Assembly (NCBI GenBank): GCA_918797485.1
Contig: CAKKNE010000005.1
Location: forward strand, 2,356,001-2,420,000
Source: Pelagomonas calceolata
Lineage: Eukaryota
Direction of reading: 5' to 3'
DNA: 64,000 nt
The position numbers and the translations under genes were made by a program. The notes beneath the pieces were generated by a model, which was not told the DNA's origin, did not search any database, and worked only from the letters and a program-made list of their open reading frames with translations. This document shows positions 61,921 through 64,000 of this stretch, in pieces; the first letter of the stretch is position 1; every line of letters begins with the position of its first letter.

Positions 61921-63273
61921 TCCGGTGACGAGCGGCATCGGCTCGTGCTTGATGCGCACCTGGTCCAAGCCGACGCGCGCCTGCTCCAACGTCGAATCCA
62001 GGTCGAGCGCGTCGCGATACCGGTCCATCGCTAACAACCACTGGCGCTCGCACGCGTGGACCCGCCCCAGCAGAGCGCAGCGCGTCGCGTTGGGCTCGAT
62101 CTGCGCGCCTTCCGTGAGCCGCGCGACGGCCGCCGACCAGTTCCGGTTGCAGCCGCGGGCCGCACCCAACAGCGTTAACGCCCGGGCGCGCTGGTTCGCC
62201 AGGTCCGCCTCCTCGCGCGAGTGCGCCCGCATCTTGGACGGCGGCGGTAATTCCGGAGGCGCATATTCCAGGTACTTCTCGAAGTCGACCTCCGCACCCC
62301 TCCAGTCGCTCAGCTTCGCGCGCACGCAGCCCCGCAGGAAGCGCGCGTGCGCGAAGGGCGCGTCCGCGCCGGCGACTGCTCTCCTCCGCCGCGTCTCGCG
62401 GAGCGCGCGCGCCGCGTCCTGCGTCCTGCGCCCGCCGTCGTCCCGCCGGCGCGGCGCGTCGTCGGCGGCGTCGCCGTGCGCCGTCGTCGAGGCCGTGAGC
62501 GCGCGCCGCTTGCTGCCGCGCGTCGACTTGTGTCGACTCGCGGCCGTCGCGGGCGGCGCCGGCGCGTCCTCGGGCAAGGCCATCTCGGCCTCGGCCTCCT
62601 CGCCCGTCAGGCTCGCGCGAAACCGCCGCTCGGCCGCGTCGAGGTCCGCGGGCTTGCGGTGCGTGTGCTCCTTCTCGAGCATGAGGCCCAAAATGTCGTT
62701 CGCTCCACTATAATCGCCCATGGCCGCCGCGCAGCGGGCCTCGCCCAGCTGGCACACGGGCCGTCGTCGTTCCGGCAACAAGTCAAAGGCCGTCGCGAAG
62801 GCCTCCCTCGCCTTCCGGAACTCGCCCAATGCATACCTCGCCTCGCCCCGCAGGCTCCAGATCTCGCCACACCTATGATCCTTGCGCCCCGCAAATTTTA
62901 AAAGTTCCAGACATTCTTTCAATTCGGCGGGGTCCCTTCGCTCCAGAATGACGCGCGCCTGCGTCATGAACTTGAGGGCCTCTCTCCTTTGATCCCGCGC
63001 GTCTTTCCTAACTTCGCCGTACCACCTTTGTCGAAAGCCGCGCCAGCAGCGCTGCACGTCGGTGGCGTACTTCTGCCACTTCTCGACGTTGGCCCGCTGG
63101 CCCCAGGTCATCTCGAGGCGCGCCATGGCCAAATGCGGCTTCGAGAGGCTCCGCAAAAAGTCGCCCGTCAGCGGCTCGTCCGGGTCGAGGATGAGGCCCG
63201 GGTCGCGCACCAGCGACTCCGCCGCCATGGGCTGGTAGGACTCCTCCTCCTCCTCCGCGTCGGCGGCACCCAT
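61912..63273 (-). CDS. IQ-motif and TPR-repeat protein
   Basis: VQRCWRGFRQR (IQ); WSLRGEARYALGEFRKAREAFATA and similar TPR helices. Confidence 0.8.
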   Translation of the reverse strand: MGAADAEEEEESYQPMAAESLVRDPGLILDPDEPLTGDFLRSLSKPHLAMARLEMTWGQRANVEKWQKYATDVQRCWRGFRQRWYGEVRKDARDQRREALKFMTQARVILERRDPAELKECLELLKFAGRKDHRCGEIWSLRGEARYALGEFRKAREAFATAFDLLPERRRPVCQLGEARCAAAMGDYSGANDILGLMLEKEHTHRKPADLDAAERRFRASLTGEEAEAEMALPEDAPAPPATAASRHKSTRGSKRRALTASTTAHGDAADDAPRRRDDGGRRTQDAARALRETRRRRAVAGADAPFAHARFLRGCVRAKLSDWRGAEVDFEKYLEYAPPELPPPSKMRAHSREEADLANQRARALTLLGAARGCNRNWSAAVARLTEGAQIEPNATRCALLGRVHACERQWLLAMDRYRDALDLDSTLEQARVGLDQVRIKHEPMPLVTGLI

Positions 63274-63637
63274 TGTTGTTGTGTTTCCTTTGTATTTGTG
63301 TTTTGTGTTTTTGTGTTCAGGGGCAGCCAGACAGTGCCAGGCAGAAGATGTGACGGCGCGAACACCCGCGCACGAGTTCCTACAGATGTCCTACAGATGT
63401 AGCACGCTGCCCTTCGTGTCGTCCGCGCACGGAGCGGCTGATTTAGCGCGTCGAGGGCTGCCCCGCCGCCACCCCGCACCTGGAACAAAAGACCACCGAC
63501 GGCTGCCAAAAGGATATTTCACACGTCCAGGCATGGTAGGCGACTCTGGCACAACGGCGCGCGCTCAAGTTAAGTGCGGCATCAAGGAAATTTGCCGGGA
63601 TGCTCTCGATCTCAGGCTGCCTCTCTGCGTGGGGTGC

Positions 63638-64000
63638 ATGGCTTCTAGCTTGGGCAGCAGCGCGAGCTCCCAGCGCGGCAACAGCGCGAGCGCCCAGCGC
63701 GGCACGCTGCGCGGCAACGTCATCCGTCTGAGCAACGTGCATTCATTCGTGATTTCCGACTGTATAACTCCGTGGGACGGTGAAATTGAAGGCGCGACCG
63801 GTCTCAAATGCCACTGGCACGACCAAGGCTGGGGCAATCGGAAGGGCATGGTGTTCGCGCGCACCGCTGGCGGCGCGTGGCATCCCCTCTCTCGGAGCGT
63901 TGCCCCGCATGCGACCGCACGCCTGACGGTCCAACTGCCGCCGTCGCTCCGTGGTCGTCGCGTTCAATTCGGCTACCGCGTGGGCGGCGGCGGCGGTCAC
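63638..64000 (+). CDS. Partial hypothetical protein with WxDQGWGNRKG and YRVGGGGGH motifs (runs off the window)
   Basis: Open frame from ATG 63638 to the window end; not in the ORF track. Confidence 0.65.
   Translation, partial: MASSLGSSASSQRGNSASAQRGTLRGNVIRLSNVHSFVISDCITPWDGEIEGATGLKCHWHDQGWGNRKGMVFARTAGGAWHPLSRSVAPHATARLTVQLPPSLRGRRVQFGYRVGGGGGH

Noticed and set aside
63443..64000. In-frame TGA between two minus-strand ORFs (possible selenocysteine or readthrough)
   Set aside because: The plus strand carries the motif-bearing ORF; the minus frames are shadows
1..64000. Prokaryotic or viral origin of the window
   Set aside because: Spliceosomal introns, ATM, kinesin, CFAP298 and bipartite plastid leaders indicate an algal nuclear genome

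Overview
GC-rich, very compact eukaryotic nuclear DNA with about 40 mostly single-exon genes. It is most consistent with a pelagophyte alga such as Pelagomonas or Aureococcus; this is an inference from bipartite plastid-targeting leaders, the flagellar gene CFAP298 and TIR/8-bp-TSD introner introns. Recognisable genes include ATM kinase, a giant kinesin, an M3 oligopeptidase, organellar TrpRS, Trm112, CFAP298, phosphoglycerate mutase, a GT32 glycosyltransferase, a DMT/SLC35 transporter and a PduO cobalamin adenosyltransferase. Structure that the ORF track does not explain: (1) a ~22-bp CTAG-bounded quasi-palindrome occurring once in most promoter-containing intergenic regions (about 18 copies) and not seen in convergent ones; (2) a complete tRNA-Arg(TCG) that nearly fills a 115-nt spliceosomal intron, in sense orientation and with no Pol III terminator; (3) a family of MITE-like introner elements whose donor site (often GC) comes from the 8-bp target-site duplication; (4) a circularly permuted, membrane-anchored NikA/CntA-type metal-binding protein 2 kb from a DUF1826 gene; (5) several unusual domain fusions (ORC6-BRCT, kinesin-IFT54-like CH, DUF5522-PduO, methyltransferase-DUF6816). 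Family calls rest on motif recognition by eye; no database searches were run.
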